Below, in pieces: positions 1-9,374 of a stretch of 64,000 nucleotides of DNA. Position 1 is the first letter of the stretch, and each line of letters opens with the position of its first letter. The translations under genes were made by a program, and so were the position numbers. Source of the DNA: Marmoricola sp. (lineage in GTDB: Bacteria; Actinomycetota; Actinomycetes; Propionibacteriales; Nocardioidaceae); the NCBI GenBank assembly GCA_025965315.1, contig JAOPXD010000154.1, forward strand, positions 9,822 through 73,821, in the 5' to 3' direction. The notes under the pieces are model-generated. The model was given only the letters and a program-made list of their open reading frames with translations. It made no database searches and was not told the origin of the DNA.

Positions 1-300
1 ACGGGTGCAGCCCATGTTCATGACGATGTTCGAGCGGTACGTCCGGTACCCGGCCGCCCGGAGCATCGTCGCCATCCCCACCAGGGTGTAGTCACCGGCC
101 ATGAAGCCGGGCACGAGCAGCACCGGCTCGACCGCCTGCGGCCGGTGATGACCGGCGTACGGCAGCGCGGCCCGGGCCTTGCGGTCGGCACGCGCGCGGA
201 CGACGTAGCGGGCTGCCTCGTTGACGATGCTTCCCTCGCGCGAGAGCGCCCTCAGACCCTGGGGTCCGGAGAAGCCTGCGGGCTTGAGGAAGTCGCCCAT
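1..300 (-). CDS. Alpha/beta hydrolase (lipase/esterase-like), 5' part only; runs off the window start
   Basis: Own translation from ATG at 300: MGDFLKPAGFSGPQG...EPVLLVPGFMAGDYTLVGMATMLRAAGYRTY; open to position 1; LLVPGF oxyanion-region motif. Not in the ORF track. Confidence 0.7.
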   Translation of the reverse strand, partial: MGDFLKPAGFSGPQGLRALSREGSIVNEAARYVVRARADRKARAALPYAGHHRPQAVEPVLLVPGFMAGDYTLVGMATMLRAAGYRTYRSNIVMNMGCTR

Positions 301-508
301 CGGTGAGTTCACGGGGCTGAACGTAACGGAAACCACAGTTCTACAAACGAAACTCAACTGATTTCGTGACGCGATTCGGCGAAAGTAGATTCGTAGAATC
401 CGGATCTACCCCCAGCAATCACCCATTTGTCTCCCTGCACGTCACTGAAGGGCACCCCCGATGCCGCGCATCCGTTCCCGACGCACCGCCTCCACCACAC
501 CGCTCGAG

Positions 509-1417
509 GTGGCCGTCAGCAGCGAGCTCTCGGCGCCGGTCAGCCCCGGTGTCGAGCTCTGCTACCAGACCTACGGCGATCCTGATGCCGAGCCGCTGCT
601 GCTGGTGATGGGACTGGGCGGCCCGATGACCTGGTGGGATCCCGAGCTGTGCCGGCTGCTCGCGCGGCAGGGCTTCTACGTGATCCGGTACGACAACCGC
701 GACACCGGTCGCTCGAGCGAGGGCAAGGGCCGGGTCACCCAACCGATGCTGGTCAGGGCCGCGCTCGGCCGGAAGGTGAAAGCCCCGTACGCGATCACCG
801 ACCTCGCCGCCGACGCGTTCGGTCTGCTGGACCATCTCGGGATCGCCTCGGCGCACGTCACCGGCGTCTCCATGGGCGGCATGATCGCCCAGTCGATGGC
901 GATCGCGCAGCCGTCCCGGGTGCGCAGCCTGGTCTCGATCATGTCCACCACCGGTCGCCGTACGGTCGGCTGGCAGGACCCGCGGATCATCCCGGTGCTG
1001 CTCGCGCCCCGCGGCGCGACCAAGGACGCCTACGTCACCACGGCAGCCCGGGTCGGCGCGCTGATCGGCTCCCCCGCCTACCCCGAGGGCGAGGCCGCCT
1101 CGCTCGCCCGCGCCGAGGAGACGTTCGACCGCGGCGTGAACCCCGCCGGGGTGCAGCGCCAGATGCTGGCGATCCTCACCCAGCCCGACCGCGGTCAGGC
1201 GCTGCACGCGCTCCGGATGCCTGCCGCCGTGATCCACGGCATGGACGACCGGATGGTGCATCCTTCCGGCGGCCGCGCCACCGCCCGGGCGATCCCGGGG
1301 GCGAACCTGCTGCTGATCCCGGGCATGGGCCACGACCTCCCGGTCGCCCTGCACGAGACCTTCGCCGACACGATCCGGCGTACGGCCGACAAGGTCAGCT
1401 CACAGGTCAGCTCGTAG
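509..1417 (+). CDS. Alpha/beta hydrolase (MhpC-like)
   Basis: LLVMGLG, RYDNRDTG, nucleophile GVSMGG, C-terminal GMGHDLP. ORF is open from 461; GTG at 509 preferred as start. Confidence 0.85.
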   Translation: MAVSSELSAPVSPGVELCYQTYGDPDAEPLLLVMGLGGPMTWWDPELCRLLARQGFYVIRYDNRDTGRSSEGKGRVTQPMLVRAALGRKVKAPYAITDLAADAFGLLDHLGIASAHVTGVSMGGMIAQSMAIAQPSRVRSLVSIMSTTGRRTVGWQDPRIIPVLLAPRGATKDAYVTTAARVGALIGSPAYPEGEAASLARAEETFDRGVNPAGVQRQMLAILTQPDRGQALHALRMPAAVIHGMDDRMVHPSGGRATARAIPGANLLLIPGMGHDLPVALHETFADTIRRTADKVSSQVSS

Positions 1418-2174
1418 GACTCTTCATCGGATGGCCCACGAGCCAGCCGACCACCTGGAGCGCCTGAGGAATCGTCCACGCCAGCTTCGAGGGGTGGTCG
1501 ACGTTCTTGCGGCCGCTCGCGGAGAGGAAGCTCCTCAGCTTCGACGGGATCAGTCCGCCGGTGATGTGCGGGACGCCGTCGAGCACGAACTTCTCCGTGC
1601 CTCGGTGCAGGAAGAAGACCTCGTCGGAGTGCTCGATGTCGAAGGTCAACGGTGTGCCGGTCAGCCAGTCCTTCGGAGCCGGTACGCCGTCAGGGACCTT
1701 CTTCCAGTACACGCCGAAGTACTTCCAGAGCCGGTGCACGTCCTTCGCCGAACCCGTCAGGGTGCTCCAGTTGGCCGGGCCGTCGTACAGCTTGCGGTAG
1801 GCGGCCAACCGGGTCGGGGTGTCGCGTTCGGGATCGACGGTGATGGTCAGGAACTGGACGTCCTTGCCGTAGCCGGCGGCGTTGACCGCGCGGGACGACG
1901 CAACTATCGAGGCCGTGTCCAGCGGGCAGGTCTCCTGGCACAGCGTCATCGAGTCGCTGATCACCAGGACCTTCGTGGAGAAGTCGGCGAGGTGCACCGT
2001 CTTCCCGGTCGAGTCGGTCAGCGGGAGGTTCAGGATCGACGCCGGTACGGCGCTGCTCAGCTGGGTGCCGACGTTGTTCCCCGGGGCCGCCGGGCCTGCG
2101 CTCGTCTGCCCCCCGCAGGCGGCCAACACGAGGACCAGCGGAGCGAGCAGGACCAGGGCGTACGGACGGCGCAT
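1407..2174 (-). CDS. SCO1/SenC-family copper chaperone lipoprotein
   Basis: Lipobox LAAC, CQETC (CxxxC), FLTITVDPERDTP, conserved His in IEHSD. Confidence 0.9.
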   Translation of the reverse strand: MRRPYALVLLAPLVLVLAACGGQTSAGPAAPGNNVGTQLSSAVPASILNLPLTDSTGKTVHLADFSTKVLVISDSMTLCQETCPLDTASIVASSRAVNAAGYGKDVQFLTITVDPERDTPTRLAAYRKLYDGPANWSTLTGSAKDVHRLWKYFGVYWKKVPDGVPAPKDWLTGTPLTFDIEHSDEVFFLHRGTEKFVLDGVPHITGGLIPSKLRSFLSASGRKNVDHPSKLAWTIPQALQVVGWLVGHPMKSPTS

Positions 2175-2293
2175 GGCCCCACGCTAAGCCGGGACTGGTG
2201 AACGGTGGTGCTCGGGGTCCCGCAGATCATGGGGACGTGCCAGCGACAGATCATGAGTACTGGTTCAGCGTCTCCACGGTTCCTGCGCGGCCG

Positions 2294-2764
2294 TCACGAC
2301 CTACATTGCTTGAGCACGTACGACGTCACCGTCCGGCCGTCCGAGGAGAGCTTCGACGCCATCCGCTGAAGCTTCGCCGTCCCGGCAGCGGTCGGCTTCG
2401 AGATCTCGCGCCTGGCCGTGACGAACGCCGAGAGCAGCTCGTCAACAGCCGCCTTGACGTCCGAGGGCGCACCGGTCTTGACGGTCTTCAGCCCGGCAGC
2501 CAGATCGGCCAGCGTCGAGTCCGAGGCCTGCCCGCTGTAGAGCTTGGTCTGGGTGTCGGTGATCTTCTGGGCCACCCCGGCAAACTTCTTGCACGGCACG
2601 GTGACCTCGGTCGGCTGGCTGCCAGGCGTGGAGGTCCCCAACCGCGTCTGCGGATCCGACGGCGAACCGCTCGCGCCCTTCGATCCGGAGCCCCCGCAAG
2701 CGGAGACCAGGGCCAGGACGACCAGGGCAACGGCGCCGAGATGCAGGCGAACACGACGACTCAC
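2294..2764 (-). CDS. Hypothetical lipoprotein
   Basis: GTG at 2764 gives VSRRVRLHLGAVALVVLALVSAC (signal plus lipobox), then a Ser/Gly linker and a helical domain with two Cys. Confidence 0.7.
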   Translation of the reverse strand: MSRRVRLHLGAVALVVLALVSACGGSGSKGASGSPSDPQTRLGTSTPGSQPTEVTVPCKKFAGVAQKITDTQTKLYSGQASDSTLADLAAGLKTVKTGAPSDVKAAVDELLSAFVTARREISKPTAAGTAKLQRMASKLSSDGRTVTSYVLKQCRS

Positions 2765-2804
2765 GAGACCTCCAGAGGGGCGCAGTTGGTCTAAGTTAAC
2801 AGTC

Positions 2805-3926
2805 ATGCGCCCGGTGCTCGGCCTGGTCGCGGCCGGACTTTCGCTCGCGGCCGCCGGCTGCTCCTTCAGTTCGGTGAATCCCGACGCGCCGGTGCACATC
2901 TCGGGCCGGGTGCTGGACGCCGCCGGGCATCCGCTGACGCACACGAAGGTCCTGCTGTTCAAGCAGGCAGATATCGGCGAGGTCGTCTTCGGGACGGTCT
3001 TGGCGGTCGGCACGCTCTCGACGGTGTGCTTCCTGCCGGATCCGCCGGCGCTGTGCGAGAAGGCCCGGACCGTGACGACCGACAGCGACGGTCGCTACGC
3101 GTTCGACCTCAAGGGCTCCGACACCCAGGGCACCCTCGGTACGGCGTCGACGTTGAACGTGGTGTTCTCCGGTCCGAAGGCCCAGGGCAGCACCACGGTG
3201 AGCTTCACCGCCGAGAAGGCCGACATCACGCTGCCCGATGCTCGTCTGTGGCGTTCCGGGGCGCGTACAGCCGCGGGCTCGGGTGGGATCCGGCTGTCCT
3301 GGAGGTCGTTGCCGGGTTCCGCCGGCAGCCACCCCAGGTACTCGGCGCAGGTGTACGACGGCGACGGCACCGCGCTCTTCACCCAGTCCGCGTCAGGGGG
3401 GAACGCCACGGTCGACCCCCGGGTGCTGGAGGACACCTCCGGCACGGTCGCGGTCAGCGCCGGCACCTCGCTCAGCGGCGGCAGCGGCGGCGGGGACGTC
3501 CGAGCGAGCTTCCTCTCGGCACGGCTCCGGGCCCGCGGTGCCGGAGCGCCACCGTCGCGATCGCACCGCTGCGCAGCCGTGACCGGGACCGGCCCGGTCC
3601 ACGACGGAGCCTTCAGCCGCTGCGCCATCACCGACGGGCGGCTGGGCACGCCGGCCCGGCTGAGCGCCTCCGGCGGAGCGGTGGTCAGCGGTGCCCTCGT
3701 CGACCTCGGGTCGGTCCGACCGATCAGCCTCGTGGTGGCCCGCGGATTCGCCGGTCAGTTCCTGGTCGAGGTGTCCACGAACGGCACCACCTTCAGCCCG
3801 GTCACGACGGACACCGGGTCCGCTGCCGTCGTCGAGGTTCCCGCGGGCACGCGGGCGCGCTACGTGCGACTGCGCTCCCCCACCGGCCTCGACGAGAGCC
3901 TCAGCTCCGAGATCTCCGTCTGGTAG
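2805..3926 (+). CDS. Lipoprotein with a carboxypeptidase-regulatory-like N-terminal domain and a discoidin/F5-8-like C-terminus
   Basis: ATG at 2805, lipobox LAAAGC, ISGRVLDAAGHPL, TTDSDGRYAF, C-terminal VDLG...FLVEVSTNG...ARYVRL. Confidence 0.7.
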   Translation: MRPVLGLVAAGLSLAAAGCSFSSVNPDAPVHISGRVLDAAGHPLTHTKVLLFKQADIGEVVFGTVLAVGTLSTVCFLPDPPALCEKARTVTTDSDGRYAFDLKGSDTQGTLGTASTLNVVFSGPKAQGSTTVSFTAEKADITLPDARLWRSGARTAAGSGGIRLSWRSLPGSAGSHPRYSAQVYDGDGTALFTQSASGGNATVDPRVLEDTSGTVAVSAGTSLSGGSGGGDVRASFLSARLRARGAGAPPSRSHRCAAVTGTGPVHDGAFSRCAITDGRLGTPARLSASGGAVVSGALVDLGSVRPISLVVARGFAGQFLVEVSTNGTTFSPVTTDTGSAAVVEVPAGTRARYVRLRSPTGLDESLSSEISVW

Positions 3927-3955
3927 CCGTACCCGGCTTGCGTCCGGGCGCCTGC

Positions 3956-6900
3956 CTAGATCCGACTCTCGCAGTCGACCCCGGCATCGATGTCGTTCCC
4001 GTACGGCGACGTGAAGTACATGACGATGTCCATCACGAAGTCCGGGATGCTCACCCCGAGGAAGTTCGGGTCCGGAGCGATCAACCAGGCCGGCGGGTTG
4101 GACCCGTCGGAAGGCGGCGGCCCGAGCGTGAACGACGACCCGGAGGTGCTGCCCTCCGCACTCGGCCGCAGCTTCACGGCGAAGTCGCAGTACCCCAGGC
4201 CGATGTCGACCAAGCGGATCCCGAAGACCTTGGCGAGCCGGTTCGACGCCAACCTGAAGTGATCGATCACGTTGTTCAGGTTGATGTGCACCGGACCGGT
4301 GCTGAAGATGTCGATGTCGATGTCACTGATCGGGTTCGCGAACACCAGGTGCAGCGTGTCGTCCAGATCGATCTTGGTGGTGCTGTCGATCCCGAAGGTG
4401 AAGCTGCTGTAGTCGCCCTTGAGCCCGGTGGTGACGCCGAGGTCGAGCTGCAGGTTGCTGGCGTTCTCGAACCCGAGCGTCAGCTTGTGGATGTCGAGGT
4501 TGACCTTGAGGTTTCCGGTGTTCGTGATCGGTCCCGAGGAGAACCCGAGGTCGACGTTGAGGTTGAGGCCACCGGCGGCGTCGAGCAGGAACTTCTCCGT
4601 CGCCGGCGCCGAGGTGATCTTCAGCGTCGTGCCGTCGAGCTGTCCGGTGACCGTGCTGCCCATGTTCTGGATCAGCAGGTCGACGGCTGCGTTGGCGTTC
4701 ACCGGGGTAACGATCGCGGCGGTCGCGGTGGCGTCGATGTCCAGGCCGGGCTGGCTCGCCGTGAGCGTGAAGTCCGGTGCCGTGACGTCCTTGGTCCCGT
4801 CAGCGGCAGTCTCCTGACCGATGCTCAGGTTCACCGCGCTCGGGACGTCGTGCAGGTGCACGGCCGCCGCGAAGTTCAGGTCGCCGACCTTCTTGTACGA
4901 CGCCGTGATGTCACTGATCCCGTGACTCATCGCGATGCCGACCGTCTTCACGTCACCGAGGGAGGCGTCCACGTTGATCGAGGCCGGGATCTCGCTGATC
5001 TCGAGCTTGGCGTCGTCGGTGTTGCCGTAGGTCGCCTCTGCCGTCAGCGCACCGAGGTTCTGGTTCGCCGTGTAGCCGAGGTGCAGCTTGTGGTTCCCGT
5101 CCCCGTCGGTGCTCGAGGTGAACGGACCGAACTTGAAGTCCACCGGCGTCGCGGTCGGGATCTCCTGGGTCAGCTCCAGGGACAGCGGCTGCGGGGCCAG
5201 GGTCGTGAGCTTCACGTCGACGCCCAGCGTGCTGTTCGTCGGGTGGAACCCGTTGACCTGGTAGGTGCCGGCCGGCGCGTTCAGGTCCAGGCTGTCCGGC
5301 AGACCTGTGATGTACAGGTTCGCCCGTACGCCACGGTTGCCCGCGCCGTCCTGGCCGTCGCGCACCGCGATGCCGTGGATCGACGGCGGTGTCGGCGTCG
5401 CGGCCAGCGCGTCGGCCGACTGGGCCGCGGCGACCGACAGCGTCAGGTCGGGGTTGTCGTCACCGGTGTAGGTGATCCGACCACCATCGCTGGTGAGGTC
5501 GATGACCGACGGCAGGTGCGTGAAGTTGCCCGAGGCGACCAGCCGGCTGCCGGCGTCCAGGGTGACGTCCGCTCCGAAGTTGAGCTGACCGTGGTTGCCC
5601 ATGTTCAGCTTGGCCTCGAAGCCACCGCCGTTGCCGTCGGTGATCTTGTCGTAGCTGATCGTCTGCAGGTTGCTCACGTGCAGGCTCGCGTCGAGGTTGC
5701 CGCTCGGCTCGTCGAAGAACGCGTTGAGGTGATCACCGGGCAGCGTGTGCACGCTGGTGTGGTTGGTGACGTCCGCGTCGATCGAACCGATGCCCGTCCC
5801 GTTCGTGACGAACGAGACGTTGCCGTCGGCCCAGCCGGCGTGCCAGCTCGTCGGGATGTCGGCGATGGTCAGCCCGGCGTCGAACGCCCTCGCCCCGCCG
5901 ATGGTGGCCGGGGTCAGGTGCGCCTGCGCCGAGAAGCCGCCGGCTACCGACGAGGCGTCCCACTGGAGCTGGGAGTTCGCACCGTCGAAGGTGACGCCGA
6001 GGGTGGCCGGCACGTTCGTGATGTCCACGGCCACGTGGTCGGTGTTGGCGTCAGTCGCGTTCAGCCCGATCTCGTTGATCACGCTGCTGGCGGCGTACGT
6101 GATCTTGTTTCCGGCCTGCAGGACGTCGATCTCGGAGGGCACCTTGTCGATGAAGGCGGTCGCCTGGTCGTTCGGCGTCGTCACGTAGGCCCGGAAGAGC
6201 CGTGGCGCGGTGTTCTTGAGCTGTAGGTGCAGGTGCTGAGCGGTGGTATCCACCCCGAGGTACCGGAGTCCGCTGTACTGCAGCTCGGCGTGCGTGCTGT
6301 TCGCCAGATCGGTGTCCAGGTAGGCGTGGTCGTCCGCGGTCGGCGGGCTGGCGTAGACCCCGTCGGTGGCGTACTGGAAGAGGATCTTCCCGATGTCCGA
6401 GGACGCCGAGGGGTCGCTCGGACCTGTCCGCGCGTCGAACGTGATCGGGTCGAGCCCGCCGATCTTCATGTACTTCGGAAGGTCGTTGATCAGGCCGTGC
6501 AGGGCCAGGCCGCCGGGCTTCTCGGAGTAGTTGACGTCGATCGACCCGAGACGCGAGTCCGCGTTGTAGGCCACCTGCGGGTTGTCGCCGGAGGTGTTGA
6601 AGGTCAGCCCGATCGTCTGGGGCAGGTCCGTGAGCTTCGCGTCGCCGTGCATCCCGGAGTCGCGGTCGGTGAAGGTCGCGTCCATCTCCGGGATCACGCT
6701 CGAGGCCGTGTAGGTGGCGGCTCCGTTGGCGGGATCGAAGGTGACCTGCACGTTCGCCGGCAGCGCGTCGATGTGCGCGGTGGCCAGGACGTTCGGGTCG
6801 TCCAGGTCGGCGATGGCGTCGAACGACTGACCGCCCGGGCTCAGCCCCAGGGCCACTGCGGTGTTCGCGGACCCGTCGAAGTGCGCGGACTTGAATCCGG

Positions 6901-9061
6901 TGAGGCGGAAGTCCAGGCCGAGCTTGTTGCCCTGCTTGAGCACGGTCGCGTGGTCCTTGCCGGGCAGCGGCAGGATCGACCCGCCGTTGCGGGTCAGCGA
7001 GGCCGTGATCAACCCGATGCCCTGGTTGGCCGAGATGTCGTAGACCCCGGTGCTCTTGGTCTGCGTGAACGCCACGTGCGTCGGGATGCTGGTGGCGTTC
7101 GCGACCAGGTTGGTCTCGTCGCCGGCTTCGCTCTTGTCGTACATCCCGAGGGCGACCGAGCCCAGGTTGGAGTCGGCGTCGTAGGTCACGGCCTGCTGGT
7201 CTGCCGTGGTCACGTCGGTGACGTGGATCGACTTCGGGACCTGGTTCGCTGTCGCGTCGATCTGCTGCTGCAGCACGTTGTCGGCCAGTGTCTTGGTCGA
7301 GAACTGCACCTGCGGGATGGCCGCGTTGGCCGCGTACTTGATGTCCTGGCCGCCCTGCAGGTCCACGTGGACCGCAGTCGGGACGCCGAACACGTCGTAC
7401 TGGCTCTGCGTGTACGAACCCGCGTGGCTCACGTCACCGGTGGCGGTGTCGGTTGCCTGGACGTGCGCGATCGGGGCGCTGGCCTGGTAGTCGATGCTCT
7501 GCTTCTCGCCCTGGTGGACGAGGTCGACGGTGACCGAGGACGGCAGCTTGTCGATGAGCGCCGTGAACACGCGGTCGCTCTTCGGTGAGGTGGTCGTCGT
7601 CTTCTGGTCGACCGTGGCGTTCACGGTGGTCGGCGTGGAGGACTGGACGTTGACGGTGTCCTCGTCCGCGCTGCCGCTGTGGGTGAAACGGGCGTCCGCG
7701 GTGAACTTCTCCGGGAACGGCGACATCTGCATCGAGCCGGCGAGCGGGTTCTCCTCCGAGGGCTGGACGCCGGCCGAGCCGCCGACGAGGTCCTTGACCG
7801 CGAAGGTCAGCGCCTCGGTGGAGCCGGGCTGGCTGCTGGTCACGACCGCGCCGACGCCGATGTCGCCGGCCAGTGCTTTGGCGATGTTCTTGACCGTGAA
7901 GGTCGCACCGGAATTCTGGGCCAGCGTCGAGGCGCGGCCGTCGAAACCGATCTCGATCCGCTTCTTCACGACCGGGGTGTCGTAGACGGCGAAGACGTGG
8001 GCCGGCAACGGCGCACTGTGCAGCCGGGTCACCTGGAACTTGGCACCCACGTCGACGAGGTTGGTCACGGGGAAGAGCGCACCCAGGACATCGGGGACAC
8101 CGTCACCGGTCACGTCGGCAGGGATCGGAACGCCGATCGGCAGCGAGATGCTGCAGGACAGCGGCATGGTCGCCGACTCGGCACAGATCTTGTAGAACGC
8201 CGAGGCCAGGATGTTCACCACGGGAAGGGTGAACAGCACGCCCTCGATCTTGCTGATCAGCTGGAGCAGCTCGTTGACCGCCTGAAGGACCAGCGGCACC
8301 AGCGGGAGCTTGGTGATCGGGTTCGGCGCAAGGCCGATCGGCACGACGTTCGGGGTCAGCACGGCCTTCGCGGGCGTCGAGGACGTCGGCGTCGGGTTCG
8401 AGCTGATCAAGTTCTTCAGGGAGTTCGAGACGGCTCCGTCGGTGTTGCTCTGCAGGCTCGGCGCCGGGGCGTCCTGGGCGACCTTCGTCTGGTCGGCCGA
8501 GGTCAGGCTGTCGGCGGAGGTCAGGTTGTGCGACATCTGGGTGAGCGCCTGGGTGGTCTCATCGGTCTTCACCGGCTGCTGCTGCGCCGGTGGGCCGCTC
8601 GCGTCCGGGTCGTTCTCGAAGCCGTCGCGCATCTGGGCAAGCTCGCTCTTGCCGAAGATGAGCATGTACTCGCCGGTGATGTAGTCGTTCTTCTTCTTGA
8701 TCGACGGGTGGTCCCCGGTGGTGGCGAGCAGGTTGTCGACCAGGCAGGAGTCGAGCCATACCTTGACCTTCTCGCTCATCGAGTGGAAGCCCTCGGCGAG
8801 GATCGCGTCGGGGACCTTGGCGAGCTTGGCGTAGGAGGTCATCCAGTCGTGGTCGGCGAACCGCTTCGACCACAGGTCCACGAACCGGTCCCGGTTCGCG
8901 ACGGTGGCGTCAGGATCGGCCGGGACGTCCGCACACGTGGTGATCAGCTTCTCCGCCGCCGGCGGCGGTGCTGAGCCGGCGGAGGCCGCCGACGGGTTGA
9001 TGAAGCCGGCGACCCCTAGGGACACCACAGCAACCACAGAAACCCAGAATTTTGTCCGCAT
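3956..9061 (-). CDS. Giant secreted beta-rich repeat protein (~1701 aa), function unknown
   Basis: ATG at 9061 starts a Sec signal MRTKFWVSVVAVVSLGVAGFINPSAASA; 5.1 kb without a stop; GC-ending codons; recurring [IL]xx[LVI]Pxx[IVL]x[LV] motif. Confidence 0.9.
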   Translation of the reverse strand: MRTKFWVSVVAVVSLGVAGFINPSAASAGSAPPPAAEKLITTCADVPADPDATVANRDRFVDLWSKRFADHDWMTSYAKLAKVPDAILAEGFHSMSEKVKVWLDSCLVDNLLATTGDHPSIKKKNDYITGEYMLIFGKSELAQMRDGFENDPDASGPPAQQQPVKTDETTQALTQMSHNLTSADSLTSADQTKVAQDAPAPSLQSNTDGAVSNSLKNLISSNPTPTSSTPAKAVLTPNVVPIGLAPNPITKLPLVPLVLQAVNELLQLISKIEGVLFTLPVVNILASAFYKICAESATMPLSCSISLPIGVPIPADVTGDGVPDVLGALFPVTNLVDVGAKFQVTRLHSAPLPAHVFAVYDTPVVKKRIEIGFDGRASTLAQNSGATFTVKNIAKALAGDIGVGAVVTSSQPGSTEALTFAVKDLVGGSAGVQPSEENPLAGSMQMSPFPEKFTADARFTHSGSADEDTVNVQSSTPTTVNATVDQKTTTTSPKSDRVFTALIDKLPSSVTVDLVHQGEKQSIDYQASAPIAHVQATDTATGDVSHAGSYTQSQYDVFGVPTAVHVDLQGGQDIKYAANAAIPQVQFSTKTLADNVLQQQIDATANQVPKSIHVTDVTTADQQAVTYDADSNLGSVALGMYDKSEAGDETNLVANATSIPTHVAFTQTKSTGVYDISANQGIGLITASLTRNGGSILPLPGKDHATVLKQGNKLGLDFRLTGFKSAHFDGSANTAVALGLSPGGQSFDAIADLDDPNVLATAHIDALPANVQVTFDPANGAATYTASSVIPEMDATFTDRDSGMHGDAKLTDLPQTIGLTFNTSGDNPQVAYNADSRLGSIDVNYSEKPGGLALHGLINDLPKYMKIGGLDPITFDARTGPSDPSASSDIGKILFQYATDGVYASPPTADDHAYLDTDLANSTHAELQYSGLRYLGVDTTAQHLHLQLKNTAPRLFRAYVTTPNDQATAFIDKVPSEIDVLQAGNKITYAASSVINEIGLNATDANTDHVAVDITNVPATLGVTFDGANSQLQWDASSVAGGFSAQAHLTPATIGGARAFDAGLTIADIPTSWHAGWADGNVSFVTNGTGIGSIDADVTNHTSVHTLPGDHLNAFFDEPSGNLDASLHVSNLQTISYDKITDGNGGGFEAKLNMGNHGQLNFGADVTLDAGSRLVASGNFTHLPSVIDLTSDGGRITYTGDDNPDLTLSVAAAQSADALAATPTPPSIHGIAVRDGQDGAGNRGVRANLYITGLPDSLDLNAPAGTYQVNGFHPTNSTLGVDVKLTTLAPQPLSLELTQEIPTATPVDFKFGPFTSSTDGDGNHKLHLGYTANQNLGALTAEATYGNTDDAKLEISEIPASINVDASLGDVKTVGIAMSHGISDITASYKKVGDLNFAAAVHLHDVPSAVNLSIGQETAADGTKDVTAPDFTLTASQPGLDIDATATAAIVTPVNANAAVDLLIQNMGSTVTGQLDGTTLKITSAPATEKFLLDAAGGLNLNVDLGFSSGPITNTGNLKVNLDIHKLTLGFENASNLQLDLGVTTGLKGDYSSFTFGIDSTTKIDLDDTLHLVFANPISDIDIDIFSTGPVHINLNNVIDHFRLASNRLAKVFGIRLVDIGLGYCDFAVKLRPSAEGSTSGSSFTLGPPPSDGSNPPAWLIAPDPNFLGVSIPDFVMDIVMYFTSPYGNDIDAGVDCESRI

Positions 9062-9119
9062 GTGTCCGAGACCTTCCGCACTGGTCGAACGGAACGACCG
9101 CCGACGGCCGTCCTGCATC

Positions 9120-9245
9120 GAAGTTGACTATTGACCTGTTGTCGGCGAGTTGACAAGACCATTTCTAAAGATTTCCTGAATGTATGTGAAAGGTGATGAA
9201 CAATCTAAAACCAGACATTTCTTCGTCCTTTTCCGGGTCATTTCG
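9120..9245. promoter_or_regulatory. AT-rich divergent promoter region with TTGAC repeats and a TTGTC-N8-GACAA palindrome
   Basis: Visibly AT-rich; TTGAC at 9124, 9131 and 9150; inverted repeat 9139-9156. Confidence 0.45.
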
Positions 9246-9374
9246 GGCACCCTCGGCGATACGCGCGGACGCGACGGTGAGCAGGAGGTCCGGGACCGGA
9301 GCCGGTACGACGCTGCTCCCCCGGCTGCCGACATCGGTGCCGCGGGTCCCGCCTATCGTGGGGTCGTGCCAGGT

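Noticed and set aside
2223-2256. CAGATCATG direct repeat
   Set aside because: Only two short copies; not distinguishable from chance or a minor REP fragment.
3026-6226. 1066-aa plus-strand ORF
   Set aside because: Antisense shadow of the giant gene and out of frame with the lipoprotein; Arg/Gly/Val-rich shadow composition typical of high-GC DNA.
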